A stretch of DNA of 54,549 bases from a virus (taxonomy: Duplodnaviria > Caudoviricetes), in the IMG/VR virus record IMGVR_UViG_3300020193_000029, positions 1 through 54,549 of that record; one strand, given 5' to 3'. The notes under the pieces were generated by a model. That model searched no databases. It saw only the letters and a list, made by a program, of their open reading frames with translations, and had not been told where the DNA came from. This document shows positions 9,961 through 21,122 of the stretch, piece by piece; positions within the stretch are counted from its first letter, which is position 1; each line of letters begins with the position of its first letter. A program made the position numbers and the translations under genes.

Positions 9961-11373
9961 ATGGCTGAAACTACTCCGACCAGTACAACGGTTTATCAAC
10001 AGGCACTGCCTGAATACGCCGCTCCATATTTCGAGCGTCTGCTACAAAGGGCAGAAACCGAAAGTCTTCAGCCTTATGCGCCGTATGGTGGGGCAAGGCT
10101 TGCTGGCTTTACAGGCATGGAGCAACAAGCGCAGGCTGGTTACGGTGCTTTAGGTCAGCCTACCGCGCTAACGGCAGCGATGGGAACCGCCGCTCAAGTG
10201 GCAGGCGCTGCAGCCCCCGATGCGTTTCAGTATGCCAGGGGATATCAGCCTGGAGCATTTGGCGCAGCCTATACCCCAACCGGTATCACTTCGGGATACC
10301 AAGCGGGGCAGTTTCAGGCCGGTTACGCACCGACTTCGGTAACCCAGCAATACGCTGCCGGGGAAGGCCCGGCAACTTATATGGCTGGAGCCGCCCCAGC
10401 GGCAATGGCATTTACCCCAGGTATCGCTAGCCTCTATATCAGTCCTTATCAGGAACAGGTCACTAGCGCAGCAATTCGGGAGCTTGAAAAGGGAGGCGAA
10501 CGAGCAAGAACGGGCATCTCCCAAGCCTCTGCTCAAGCCGGTGGTCGAGGAGGCTATCGAGAGGCTCTAGAGCGATCCGAGCTACAACGCAACATTCTTC
10601 AGCAGATTGGCGACGTCACCTCCAAGGGTCGGGCTGCGGCTTATGAATCTGCCCAACAGCAGTTTGAGCGTGACCGCCAGGCGGCGATGCAGACTTACCA
10701 GATGCAAGAAGCGGCTCGTCAAGCTCAGGCCCAAAGCAGTCTTGCAGGATTCCAAGCTAGAGAGGCCGCTAGACAGGCTCAGGCTCAGTTTGGGCTGACC
10801 GCACAAGAACTCGGGGGTAGGCAAGCCCTCTCCTCTGCAGAGCTTGCAGCGCGTCAGGAGGCCGCTAGGGAGGCAGCGCGTCAGTCGCAGGCTCAGATGG
10901 AAATGCAAGCCCAGCAAGTCACTGGCGCGCAGCAGCTTTCGGCAGCGGAACTGGCGGCTCGTCAAGAGGCTGCTCGGGAGGCTGCTCGGCAGCAGGCGAC
11001 CCAGTTCGGGTTGGCAGGGATTAGTCAGAACGTGGCGCAGCAGCAGCAGCGCCTTGCGGCAGCACAAGCACTTGCCGGTATGGGCGGACAGGAGCAAGCC
11101 TTGGGGCTTGAAAGACTGGCCGCACAGGAGTCAGCAGGGCAGCGGCAAAGAGCGTTGCGGCAGGCTTCGCTTGATCTTGGGTACGAGGACTTCCTGCGTC
11201 AGTTGGGGTACACCCAGGGTCAGCTTGGGTTTTATTCCAATATCCTTCGCGGAGTTCCGGTTCAGCCCCAGCAAACCGTATCAACATTCCAACAACAGCC
11301 GAGTTTGTTTCAATCGGTTCTCGGGGCGGGAATCGGTGGACTCGGGCTTTACAACGCTTTAAGGGGTGGTTAA
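9961..11373 (+). CDS. Putative DNA ejection / pilot protein
   Basis: Gln/Ala-rich helical 470 aa with YISPYQEQV and a Gly-rich C-terminal tail; located among internal virion genes. Confidence 0.65.
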   Translation: MAETTPTSTTVYQQALPEYAAPYFERLLQRAETESLQPYAPYGGARLAGFTGMEQQAQAGYGALGQPTALTAAMGTAAQVAGAAAPDAFQYARGYQPGAFGAAYTPTGITSGYQAGQFQAGYAPTSVTQQYAAGEGPATYMAGAAPAAMAFTPGIASLYISPYQEQVTSAAIRELEKGGERARTGISQASAQAGGRGGYREALERSELQRNILQQIGDVTSKGRAAAYESAQQQFERDRQAAMQTYQMQEAARQAQAQSSLAGFQAREAARQAQAQFGLTAQELGGRQALSSAELAARQEAAREAARQSQAQMEMQAQQVTGAQQLSAAELAARQEAAREAARQQATQFGLAGISQNVAQQQQRLAAAQALAGMGGQEQALGLERLAAQESAGQRQRALRQASLDLGYEDFLRQLGYTQGQLGFYSNILRGVPVQPQQTVSTFQQQPSLFQSVLGAGIGGLGLYNALRGG

Positions 11374-11376
11374 TCC

Positions 11377-12882
11377 ATGAATCTCATTCAGCAAGAAAAG
11401 GATCTGCAGTCCTTCTCTGATCAGGCCCTGCTCCAGGAAGCAACACAGCCGAGGCGAGGGTATGCCCCTTACATGGTGCAAACCGAGATCGCGCGACGCA
11501 CCAAGGAGCGTGAGGATTACCAGAAGCAGATGATGGCTCAGCAGGCGCAGGGGGCAGTGCCAATTGCCCAGCAAAATGTTGATCGCTTTGTCGCGCAGAA
11601 CATGCCCTCGATGCAGGCAGCTTCGATGCCCACTCAACAAGGAATGCCTGCCCCGGGTATTGCCTCGGTTGCCCCTCAGATGGCTCCCGAACAGATGGGA
11701 GCCGCCGCCGTTGATCAAGCATTCATGGACGCTCAAGCGCAGGGCATTGGCCCTTTGATGGCGCAGGGTGGGATGCCTGTTCAAGGTATGTCAGAAGGCG
11801 GGTCAGTGCGTCGTATGCAAACCGGAAGAACGACCACTGATCCTGAGGTTGCCAGGATTTTGGCAAAGAGTCCTGTATTCAGAACACCAGAAGAGAATCA
11901 AGTTCTGGCAAATGCTGGATATGAGTTGACTCGAAGAACTACAGGACTCCCAGGAAGAATACCTGGATCTGATTTAATTAAACGGATCATTGATCCAGCC
12001 GGAATTACTGGGTTTACAGGAAACTTTGATCTTCTTACGGAAGAAGAAAGAAAACGCGCAACTGAAAATCCAACTTCGGTTCCAACTCGGCAGGTTACCC
12101 CTGCTGTTTCTGACACTGGTATCACCAGTGTGGCTCCTACAGACCTAAGAGATATGCGTAGCTTTATCTTGGGCGGTGACGTTGCCTCTGGCAACCAGTT
12201 GCGCGGTATCCCTGTTATTCCGCAAGTTCAACAAAGACGAGTGATTCAAGGGCAACCTCCTGCAGCCCCTGTTGCGACGGTTGAAGAAGCGGTTGATGCT
12301 GCGGGTCCTGCCACTGATACGTACTACGCAGATCTCATCAGACAAATGGAAGGATTTAAGCCTAGCAGGGAAGAGTATGAGCGGAATCGTCAAGCGATGG
12401 TCCTAGCTAATCTTGGTAGGCTAGTAGGTACAGCAACCCGAAGAGGGGATATTGCTGCAGGCATTGGACAAATTGTGAATGAGGCCCTTGCTGGAAACAA
12501 GGAGTTCAAGAAAGAAGAGCGTGAGGCTCTTCGAGATATTCTTGCTGTTCGCGGTCAAGAGCGATCTGAAATAAGAGAAGAACGGCGCTATCAAGAAAAC
12601 CTTAAACTTGAATTGGACAAGATTGACTTGCAGCGCAAGCAATTGCAGGCAGAAACTCAGTATCGACTCCGAGCTGCAGCCAATGATGAAGAGAGAAATG
12701 AAATTGCTAGACAAGCGGCTGAAATTGACAGTCAGCTTATTGAAAGTAGAAAACAACTTGCTGCATCTCAAGCTAGGTACTATGCAGCACAGGCTAAGTA
12801 TTATGAATCTGGAAAGGGAGATACTTTTGCCAATCGTGTCGGGGCATCTTCTGCAGCAGATCTTGAAGCCGCTGGCATTTAA
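11377..12882 (+). CDS. Putative internal virion / ejection protein
   Basis: 501 aa; Gln/Met/Pro-rich N-terminus and coiled-coil C-terminus; operon position. Confidence 0.6.
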   Translation: MNLIQQEKDLQSFSDQALLQEATQPRRGYAPYMVQTEIARRTKEREDYQKQMMAQQAQGAVPIAQQNVDRFVAQNMPSMQAASMPTQQGMPAPGIASVAPQMAPEQMGAAAVDQAFMDAQAQGIGPLMAQGGMPVQGMSEGGSVRRMQTGRTTTDPEVARILAKSPVFRTPEENQVLANAGYELTRRTTGLPGRIPGSDLIKRIIDPAGITGFTGNFDLLTEEERKRATENPTSVPTRQVTPAVSDTGITSVAPTDLRDMRSFILGGDVASGNQLRGIPVIPQVQQRRVIQGQPPAAPVATVEEAVDAAGPATDTYYADLIRQMEGFKPSREEYERNRQAMVLANLGRLVGTATRRGDIAAGIGQIVNEALAGNKEFKKEEREALRDILAVRGQERSEIREERRYQENLKLELDKIDLQRKQLQAETQYRLRAAANDEERNEIARQAAEIDSQLIESRKQLAASQARYYAAQAKYYESGKGDTFANRVGASSAADLEAAGI

Positions 12883-12900
12883 CTTATCAAGGAATAACTA

Positions 12901-15900
12901 ATGGCAGTAGGAAATGTGCCTACGGGTCGCAAGACACTTCGTCTCCCAGACGGATCTGTCTTTGAGGTTCCAGAGAATCTTACCGATCAAGATCGGTATC
13001 AGATTCGGCTTGACCTTGCTAACCGATTCCCAGATGAGTATGGATCGTTGCTCGATCCTTACCAGACCTTTGCTGGCGGTACGTCAGAATTCTTCAAGGG
13101 TATTCCAAGAGGTGCAGCCAGTTCATTAGTCAGTGCGGCACAAGGCATCACAGGTCTCTTAACCCCAGGAGTTGAAACTGAGGTTGAAAAGAACCTCTCT
13201 TCTTTCCAAAGTTATCTCGAGAAAGAAAGTCCTCTTGCGCCAGATGAAGCCTATCAAGACTTCTTTGCCTCTAAGCTTGGCGCGGGACTTGGTTCATTCG
13301 CAACTTACGCTCTCCCAGGTGGTGCAGCCAAACTTCTTGGCGCATCAGCTACAGGCACTGCCGCAAGATCTGCAGGCATGGCTTTGGCTGGAGCAGGCGG
13401 TGCGGGAACTCAAGCGCAGCGTATTGAAGAGCAGCGCAAGATTGGCGAAGAGGTCACTCTCGGTGAAGAACTTGGAGCCTTAGCGATTGGCACGGGTATT
13501 GGGTTTACAGAGCTGTTTCCAGTCGAAAGACTTTTCCGAAAGGTTACGCCAGATACGGGATCGGCTCTGCTTAATATCTTCTCAAGGGTGGACAAACGAA
13601 GCCCCCTTGCTGGAACCACTGCCGATAACATTACGCGATTGGTTAAAGGTGCGGCGAGTCAAGGTCTTGCCGAAGGTTTGCAAGAAGGTCTTTCTGGCAT
13701 CGGTCAGGATCTAGCCTCCAAGATAACCTACGATGAGGACATTGAGGTAGGCGGCAGTTTTCTTGATGATCTGATGGTTGGCGGTGGTGTTGGTGCAATT
13801 GCTGATGTTATTGTCGATGCGATGGGTGGCCGCAGGTCAGTCTCCAATAAGCTCCTTGAAGACAAGGAACGCAAGTTACGTGAAAATCGCATCAATCGAC
13901 TCAACCAAAAACAGGCAGAACTTGCGGCAGAGCGTAACGCAGAGGCGGCAGCAAAACTCCTAGCTTCTCAGCCGGCTCCCCTCGCACTGCCTTCGCCAGG
14001 GCAGGTCACAGGTGGAACGTATCTTCCCACGATGGATACCGCAGAGGGTGTGTATAGCGTCTCTCTAAAGAACAACCCTGATCGATTTACCCAGGTCGTT
14101 GTTTTTAACACTCCAGACCCTTCTGGTACTCGCTTTACAACCCTAGCGTTTAACCCAGAATCAAACCAGTACTATGACATTACCGAGGACTTGTCTTCGG
14201 GTCGAAGCGTTAATGATGCGCTAACGATTAGCATTTCAGGAGATCTTGGAGTTATTTCCAAGGATATTGACCCAAGGCAGACTGCCCTTGGGTTCAGTGC
14301 GCTGACCAACCAAATCGGAGTTAGCAAAAACGCTAACATCCCGACCATCTCGCAGGAGTCTTTGGTTACAGACATCAATAACGGTCGCGTGGTTCCTGTT
14401 TCCGAAGACGGATTCTTCAAGATTAATCCGCTTCCCAATAACGAGTTCACCATTGTTGATATGACTCGCGGTTTACCGGTTGCAGATTTCAACCGAGACG
14501 AGCCACCTATTGTTCGCTTCGAGAGCATTAACGATGCCTATGCAGAGCTTAAAGCTCTTAATGACACCAAGTCTGCTCTTGCATCAAACAACACGCTGAC
14601 CTTCACTGGACTTATCCGAAACAATCCGGCATTCCGTTTAGCAAGAATGCTTCGCTCTCCAGAGAACCGGATGATTCAGAAGTCCGTAGTATCTGCCTTC
14701 ATCGAAAACAAGGAAGATCGAGCAGGGCTTAAGAGTTTTTATTCCCCAGAGGAAACCAAGAAGATCATTGGGCCTCGCAAGTTCGATGACATGATGCAGC
14801 AATACGGTCAGATTATTGATCGTAGTAACGTCATCCAGAACTATATACCCAATGCAGCGGAGATTGATCCTACCAAGCGCAGCATCTCTCCTCAGAAGTT
14901 AAAACAGTTGGGTCAAGATAAGAACCTTGATATCGATATCAACAACAATAACTTTAAGACCTTTGCTAAGTACTGGACAGGTACTTCCAACTGGGCGGAT
15001 ATGTCCAACGGTCAGCGACTCTATGTTATGTCGCGTATCGCTGAAACCGAGGCGATGCCGCAGAGAGTCAAGTTCCCAAATTTATTCCAGAGGCAGTACA
15101 ACAAGTCTCAGTTTGATACGGTCATCGCAGAGATGGCTCGTGGAGAAAACGGCGTTACGCCTAAGGTGAATGTTGCAGACATCCAGAGGATTGCTGGAGT
15201 TGACAAGAACGCTGCCAAACAGATCTATGATGACCTGATATACAGCGGTCGCGCTAAGCCACTGCCTCCTGGGAAGATTCAGCTTATTAAGAGCGAACAA
15301 GATTACCTCAACGAGCAGAGGTTGAAGGCAACGCAGATTGATGTCCCGCTCGATGAAAGGACTCGCGACACTGAAACGGCGCAACAAGCAGCTAACCGTA
15401 TGCGCGAGGCAGGATTCTCAGAGGAATCTGTAGCCAGAGTCGAGCAATCCATTAAGCAGAAGCCGACAGTCCCTGTGAAGCCTAATGAAGCCACTGCCGC
15501 TATTGTTGGCGAAGCAGTCACTCGAGGCGAGCAAGCTGTTGCGGAAGGTGCTAATCCGCAAGATGAAAAGGTTGCGGTGGATTTCTCTGCGAAGATGGCA
15601 GATATGCTTAACAGGCTTGGCGTTGCCAAATTGATTAAGCACAGGGTAGAAATCAGTAAACCAAAGGTTCTTGGCAAGACCAAAGAAGGTCTTAAGGTGA
15701 CTGCACTAGGTGGATTCGATGCCATCAACCGAGAGATCTCGGTCAATATTCGCAAACAACTTGATAATAAGAACCTTACTGAGCAGCAGATCGTAGATTA
15801 CATCAACGAGATTGTTAATCACGAAATCATCCATGCGATGCGCGAGGCGGATCTCATTACGGAAGTTGAGTGGAATATCCTTTCTAACTTTGTCCGCAAT

Positions 15901-18900
15901 GCCAATATCGACACTACAGTAATTAAAGAGGGCGACCCGGCATACGCATCCATGAAAGCAGGCGGAAAGACACTGATGGAGAACATCAGAATCCGTTATG
16001 CCAAAACTGGATTAAACGAAGTTCAATTAACTGAAGAAGCTATTGCCGAGGCGTATCGCCTATGGGCTAAACATGGCAACAAGTTTGTTGCTGGTAAGCC
16101 TGCCAGTCTCTTCAAGAGAATTCTGAATTACATCAAGTCGTTTGCCAGTGCGTTTAAGACATCTGGCGCGACTAACGTGGATCAGATCTTCTCGGCTATC
16201 CGAAGTGGAGAGATTGGTGCGCGTACCCCGGGCTTTTCTATCTTTAACCCAAGCGCAGAAGCTGCCATCAGATCTTTAAAGATCACTGATGAAAAGCAAT
16301 CGATAAAGATGATTACCGAAAGAGGCGGTCGTAACCGTGGGGTGCAGAAGTTTAAGAGTTCTGAGGATCTTGATGAGCCTGGTGAAATATCAAGAATGTC
16401 AGAAGCAGACGTTAAGCGCGTCAATGACTTCATGGAGTCTCATGTTGGCAACACGCCAAAGGGAGCTATACCGCGCTTCAACCCGAATGCGTCCAAGGAA
16501 GCCATCAATGCCGCATTGAATTTTGAGATTGACGGCAATGAGCCTGAGCTTCCTGACTTCGCCAAGAAGTACATGATCTCCACGATCCAAGAAGAAGAGA
16601 TCCCAAACAATGTCATCGGAAAGGAAGCTGCCCGTCATGGTCGAATCAAGACTGAGCCGGTCACACTTTCTGAGAAGTCTATCGATCTCATTGAGAGCTG
16701 GAAGTTAGGCGGCTTTAGCGAAGACTTCGATAATTTCTCGCGTGTATTCCGTAAGGCAGTGGTCGATCGATACAACGAGTTCCGCAGACAAGAGACCGAA
16801 ATGGTTGGAACTGAGAACGAAGGACTGCTCCAGGCAGAGACTTCAGCCAGTTCCGCTCTTGGTATGCTTGATCGGGCCAGAGGCGTTGTGGCGCAGATGC
16901 TCAACAGGGGCGGCATCCGCTGGGTCACTGGTGACCAAATGGTGACTAATGATCCTACCCAGTTCAAGGATGATGAACTCGCTGGTTACTACGAGATCGA
17001 TCCGAGTGTACCTGGGCTACTCGATAGTCTGAGTAAGGTCATGGATGGCTCTGTCCCGAAGGGGCTTAGCGTCTTTAAGACCTACTCTACCTTCAAGCGT
17101 ATCCAAGGCTTTAGATCGCGCGCTAGAGAGGCGGCGATTCGTCTAGCCAATATGGATCAGGCAGCAAACCCTGTTGAAGCTGCGGCACTTAAGACAATTA
17201 TCGAGGCTGAAAAGAAAGCCAGACTAATTGATAACCCAAGCGATGCCAGGATTAGTGAGTTCATCGCTGAAGTTGAAACGGACTATCCACAGGTTAAAGA
17301 AGCCTACGATAACTATCAGAAGTGGAACTCAACGCTGATTGATTTCGGTAAGGCTACGGGCATCCTGACTGAGGAACTCGCTCAGGAATGGAAAGAATGG
17401 GGTGATTACTTCCCGTTCTACGAGGAAATGGAAGAGTCAATCGTTGGGGGAATGGGTTACAAGCGAGGCTCTTCGCTTACCCGATCTGACTTTTTCTTCA
17501 AGGAACTAGAGAATCGCGCCAAGGATCTCGACCAAGCTGATCCGTTTGAGATGATTACCAAGAATGCTTATGGCATCTTGGTGTCAGGCCTTAAGAACGT
17601 CGCGGCTCGTCGCATCATGCGTAACTCCGAGGCCGTGGGCGAGGCAAGAAAGGTGCCTGACGCAAAGGCAGCGCGCGCACTTCGCAAGCGAGGCAGCTTT
17701 ACGCAGTCTGTCTTGGTCAACGGAATCGAGCAGCACTATGAGCTAGCAGATCCGCTGCTCTATGAGTCAATGATGAATTACGGTGAATCTGCTCTAGGCA
17801 TGATTACCAAGGTTGCATCGGCTCCCGCAAATCTCTTGAGAGAAATGGTTACTCGAGAACCAGGGTTTATCCTGCTGAACATGCTTCGCGATACGGTATC
17901 CACTTACGTGACAAGCGGCGTGGATTACATCCCATTCATTGATTCCTTCAAGGAGTTTAACTCCGAGGAGATGCAACGACTTCTCGATCAAGGTATTGTC
18001 GGTGGCTACGACCTATCAGCTGATCCGTCGGATCTGAAGCGATACGTGAAAAATGAATACCGCAAGCGCGGTATCGATGTGAAGAGTCATTCCCAGACAA
18101 GTAGCAACATGGTTCGTCAGTTGTGGGATGCACTGGGCGGGTACAGCCAGAAGTCTGACGCTGCGGTTCGTACTGCGGTGTACAAAAAAGTACTGGCTGA
18201 AACAGGCAGTGAGGCCACGGCGCGTCTTGCTGCCATCGACGTCATCAACTTTAGTCGTCGTGGTTCAAATCCCCTTTGGAGATCCATCACCGCCACGATT
18301 CCATTCTTGAATGCTCGTATCCAAGGTCTGGATAAGATCTATACCACGCTTGCTGGTAAATACAGTCCGTATGATGGGCTTGATCCTCGAGTCCTGACTC
18401 AAAAGAGGGCGTTGCTGAGAGGCGGGGCTATTGCGGCAATGACCGGAATTTACTACCTGCTGATGAGTGACAACGAGGAATACAAGAAAGCGCGTCGAGA
18501 GGTTCGCGATGACAACTGGCTAGTCCCGATACCTGGAGTTAAAGGCGTTACCCTCAAGTTGCCGATCCCGTTTGAAATCGGAGCAATCTTTAAAACTGTT
18601 CCTGAGATTTTCTTAAATTTTATATTTGGTGATCTCGACGCTAGAGGGGTAAGAGATAGCCTTGTCAGGCAGATCAACAACTCCACGAACATTGACTTGC
18701 TTGGCTTCCAAGCTATCAAACCAATCGTGGATCTTATGCGTAACAAAGATAGCTTTACGGGTAAAGAGATTGTCCCATACTGGGTCAATAAGAGTACCGA
18801 AGCAGCTAAGCAGTATGATGACCGTACCACTGAGATCTCTAAGTTGATTGGTGGACTGTTGAATTTCAGCCCAATGAAAATTGATTACCTTATCGGTGGA

Positions 18901-19419
18901 TATGGTGGCTCGCTTGGAACCTCGCTACTGCTAAGTGCCAACGCAGCCTGGGAGCAGGCAAGTGGCAGCAAGACAGCGGGTACTCGAGCAGACTGGACAG
19001 ATATCAATAACGTCCCGGTGATTCGCCGCTTCCTGATGGATACCCGCCTGGGCGGAGTTGGGACTAGGGTGCAGCAGGATTACTACGAGCTTCGCGATGA
19101 AGTCATAAAGGTTGTCGCGACGCTTAATAAGTTCAAGAAAGATGAGGATGTAGACGGTTACTACGCCTACCAAAACTCTAAGATTGGACTACTCAGCGTC
19201 CGTCAAGAAGTTCTGGCAATTGATAAATACCTCAAGCGATACAGAGATACGAGAGATGCGCTTCGCAAGAGCGATCTGCCGCCAGAAACAATACGTAAAC
19301 TCCTGCGTGAGATTGAAGCAGAAAAGAACCTGCGTCTGACGGTCGTGCCAGTCCTCAGAGAGGAGGCAGAAATACCGCCCCGTATCGGGTCGGCTATCTT
19401 TGATGCCTTTATTGGTTAG
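12901..19419 (+). CDS. Large polyvalent virion protein with a zincin-like HExxH motif and a C-terminal LPD38-like domain
   Basis: 2172 aa; NHEIIHAM...EEAIAE metallopeptidase-like motif; INFSRRG...IPFLNARIQGLDK...KLPIPFEIG...SPMKIDYLIGGYGGSLG resembles LPD38. Confidence 0.8.
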   Translation: MAVGNVPTGRKTLRLPDGSVFEVPENLTDQDRYQIRLDLANRFPDEYGSLLDPYQTFAGGTSEFFKGIPRGAASSLVSAAQGITGLLTPGVETEVEKNLSSFQSYLEKESPLAPDEAYQDFFASKLGAGLGSFATYALPGGAAKLLGASATGTAARSAGMALAGAGGAGTQAQRIEEQRKIGEEVTLGEELGALAIGTGIGFTELFPVERLFRKVTPDTGSALLNIFSRVDKRSPLAGTTADNITRLVKGAASQGLAEGLQEGLSGIGQDLASKITYDEDIEVGGSFLDDLMVGGGVGAIADVIVDAMGGRRSVSNKLLEDKERKLRENRINRLNQKQAELAAERNAEAAAKLLASQPAPLALPSPGQVTGGTYLPTMDTAEGVYSVSLKNNPDRFTQVVVFNTPDPSGTRFTTLAFNPESNQYYDITEDLSSGRSVNDALTISISGDLGVISKDIDPRQTALGFSALTNQIGVSKNANIPTISQESLVTDINNGRVVPVSEDGFFKINPLPNNEFTIVDMTRGLPVADFNRDEPPIVRFESINDAYAELKALNDTKSALASNNTLTFTGLIRNNPAFRLARMLRSPENRMIQKSVVSAFIENKEDRAGLKSFYSPEETKKIIGPRKFDDMMQQYGQIIDRSNVIQNYIPNAAEIDPTKRSISPQKLKQLGQDKNLDIDINNNNFKTFAKYWTGTSNWADMSNGQRLYVMSRIAETEAMPQRVKFPNLFQRQYNKSQFDTVIAEMARGENGVTPKVNVADIQRIAGVDKNAAKQIYDDLIYSGRAKPLPPGKIQLIKSEQDYLNEQRLKATQIDVPLDERTRDTETAQQAANRMREAGFSEESVARVEQSIKQKPTVPVKPNEATAAIVGEAVTRGEQAVAEGANPQDEKVAVDFSAKMADMLNRLGVAKLIKHRVEISKPKVLGKTKEGLKVTALGGFDAINREISVNIRKQLDNKNLTEQQIVDYINEIVNHEIIHAMREADLITEVEWNILSNFVRNANIDTTVIKEGDPAYASMKAGGKTLMENIRIRYAKTGLNEVQLTEEAIAEAYRLWAKHGNKFVAGKPASLFKRILNYIKSFASAFKTSGATNVDQIFSAIRSGEIGARTPGFSIFNPSAEAAIRSLKITDEKQSIKMITERGGRNRGVQKFKSSEDLDEPGEISRMSEADVKRVNDFMESHVGNTPKGAIPRFNPNASKEAINAALNFEIDGNEPELPDFAKKYMISTIQEEEIPNNVIGKEAARHGRIKTEPVTLSEKSIDLIESWKLGGFSEDFDNFSRVFRKAVVDRYNEFRRQETEMVGTENEGLLQAETSASSALGMLDRARGVVAQMLNRGGIRWVTGDQMVTNDPTQFKDDELAGYYEIDPSVPGLLDSLSKVMDGSVPKGLSVFKTYSTFKRIQGFRSRAREAAIRLANMDQAANPVEAAALKTIIEAEKKARLIDNPSDARISEFIAEVETDYPQVKEAYDNYQKWNSTLIDFGKATGILTEELAQEWKEWGDYFPFYEEMEESIVGGMGYKRGSSLTRSDFFFKELENRAKDLDQADPFEMITKNAYGILVSGLKNVAARRIMRNSEAVGEARKVPDAKAARALRKRGSFTQSVLVNGIEQHYELADPLLYESMMNYGESALGMITKVASAPANLLREMVTREPGFILLNMLRDTVSTYVTSGVDYIPFIDSFKEFNSEEMQRLLDQGIVGGYDLSADPSDLKRYVKNEYRKRGIDVKSHSQTSSNMVRQLWDALGGYSQKSDAAVRTAVYKKVLAETGSEATARLAAIDVINFSRRGSNPLWRSITATIPFLNARIQGLDKIYTTLAGKYSPYDGLDPRVLTQKRALLRGGAIAAMTGIYYLLMSDNEEYKKARREVRDDNWLVPIPGVKGVTLKLPIPFEIGAIFKTVPEIFLNFIFGDLDARGVRDSLVRQINNSTNIDLLGFQAIKPIVDLMRNKDSFTGKEIVPYWVNKSTEAAKQYDDRTTEISKLIGGLLNFSPMKIDYLIGGYGGSLGTSLLLSANAAWEQASGSKTAGTRADWTDINNVPVIRRFLMDTRLGGVGTRVQQDYYELRDEVIKVVATLNKFKKDEDVDGYYAYQNSKIGLLSVRQEVLAIDKYLKRYRDTRDALRKSDLPPETIRKLLREIEAEKNLRLTVVPVLREEAEIPPRIGSAIFDAFIG

Positions 19420-19670
19420 TCGTCAAACTCCCCAGTCATCAAGGAGTGGCGGAACTGTTCGATCATAAAGAGCAGTTCTGCCTTGGAAGAGGTGTTGGCC
19501 CCAGATCTTAGGGTGCCATCCTTGTCTACGCTAATTACCAGCACATGTAGCGGGTTTGAACCAATGAACTTCTTTAGCACAGTATCGGCACTGGCGTATA
19601 GTTCAACGATATCCTCTTCGGAATCTACGACAAAAAGTTTGTACTTAGGATCTTTATCTTTCATTTGCAA
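19416..19670 (-). CDS. Hypothetical protein
   Basis: 84-aa ORF convergent with the large protein; fills the gap. Confidence 0.55.
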   Translation of the reverse strand: MQMKDKDPKYKLFVVDSEEDIVELYASADTVLKKFIGSNPLHVLVISVDKDGTLRSGANTSSKAELLFMIEQFRHSLMTGEFDD

Positions 19671-19727
19671 TTACCTGTCACTACTGATAAAAACTTCTTC
19701 CACTTCAACTAGCCTTTAGGCAGGAAG

Positions 19728-20783
19728 ATGGAACGTAAAGTATCTGATGAAGATTTTATCCGCTTGTGGAACAAAGCGGGTGGCTCTCCAACGATTGCAT
19801 CTCAACTTACTGGCCTCAGTCAGTCTAGGGTATATAACAGGAGAAAGCAGTTAGCAAATAAAGGTATTGTCCTAAAGACAAAGGCCATCAATCGAAACAG
19901 CAGTGATCTGTACGGTTGGGGTGACTCAAAGCAACCTTACCCCCTGCAGATTTCGGTCTCCCTTCAGAATGGAAGAATCCTCTGCATCTCAGATGCTCAC
20001 TACTGGCCTGGAATCATTACTACCGCCCACCTTGCTGCGGTTGAATGGGCAAAACAAGAACAGCCTGAAATGATTGCCGTTATGGGAGATATGTTTGATG
20101 GGGCTACGGTCTCAAGACATCTTCCGCTGGGTTGGGAGAAACTACCTAAGGTCATTGAGGAACTCGATGCCTGTCGGGAGCGAATCTCTGAGTTTGAACA
20201 AGCAGCCCCTGATGCCATCAGGATCTGGCATATTGGTAATCACGATGTCAGGTTTGATCGATGCTTGGTCGGAAATGTCCCTCAATACGAGGGACTATCA
20301 GGATTCAGCATCTCTGACTACTTCAAACAATGGAAGTTCACTTACCTCAGCCTGGTAAACAACCAGCTAGGGCTAAGACACAGGCCAGTCAATGGCGGCA
20401 TCCACTCTGCCTATAACTCTGCCCTCAAATTTGGCATGTCCTATGCCCATGGCCACCTTCACCAGCTTAAGGTTACCCCCGTAGATAACGCCATAGGGCG
20501 TTTATGGGGCATTGACTGTGGTCACCTAGCCGACCCCAAGGGTCCGCAATTTGCGTATCGTGAGGGGCTTTCTATTGGCGTTTGTTCTGGCTTTGCGGTC
20601 ATCACCCTATACAAAGGGATGGTGGTCGATGCAGAGATCTGCACCGTTAATCCTCATGGAGCTTTCTTTCGGGGGGAACAACTGGTTTCTTATCAAAGCG
20701 TTTCTGAAGACGAAGTTGTCGTTGCCGGCAAGTCGCGCAAATCCCATACCGGGAGTTTCCGCCGATCTCGACTGAGCAAATAA
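19728..20783 (+). CDS. Calcineurin-like metallophosphoesterase with an N-terminal HTH-like segment
   Basis: SDAH, GDMFD, GNHD and HGHLH motifs in canonical order. Confidence 0.88.
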   Translation: MERKVSDEDFIRLWNKAGGSPTIASQLTGLSQSRVYNRRKQLANKGIVLKTKAINRNSSDLYGWGDSKQPYPLQISVSLQNGRILCISDAHYWPGIITTAHLAAVEWAKQEQPEMIAVMGDMFDGATVSRHLPLGWEKLPKVIEELDACRERISEFEQAAPDAIRIWHIGNHDVRFDRCLVGNVPQYEGLSGFSISDYFKQWKFTYLSLVNNQLGLRHRPVNGGIHSAYNSALKFGMSYAHGHLHQLKVTPVDNAIGRLWGIDCGHLADPKGPQFAYREGLSIGVCSGFAVITLYKGMVVDAEICTVNPHGAFFRGEQLVSYQSVSEDEVVVAGKSRKSHTGSFRRSRLSK

Positions 20784-21046
20784 TACATTCCATCCGCTCC
20801 TTTTTTGGCAGGCAGTATGCTTCCCTGAAAGGCAGTGGAGGTTCGTCGCTAGGGTCTAATGGGGAAGGCTTCTCGTAGTAACGAGTTAAGACGAACAATC
20901 TCTTTTTCCTTTTCCTTTTCTTTATTGGCATTTATCAATGCATCAATCTTATCTGCTGCTTGATGAGCAATATCCCCAATCGGCACAAAACCCTGTTCAT
21001 CACTGAGAGTAACATCCCGTTGTTTTTATTTCCATGTCTATTTTAT

Positions 21047-21076
21047 AAAAAACCCCCACCCCTTTCGGGGTGAGGG
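21047..21076 (-). terminator. Intrinsic terminator downstream of the SSB gene
   Basis: CACCCC-TTTC-GGGGTG stem with an adjacent A6 run (U-tract on the minus strand). Confidence 0.65.
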
Positions 21077-21122
21077 ATATTCCGTCTGCTATCAGTAGGG
21101 GAGAATATAGCAGACCAGAATC

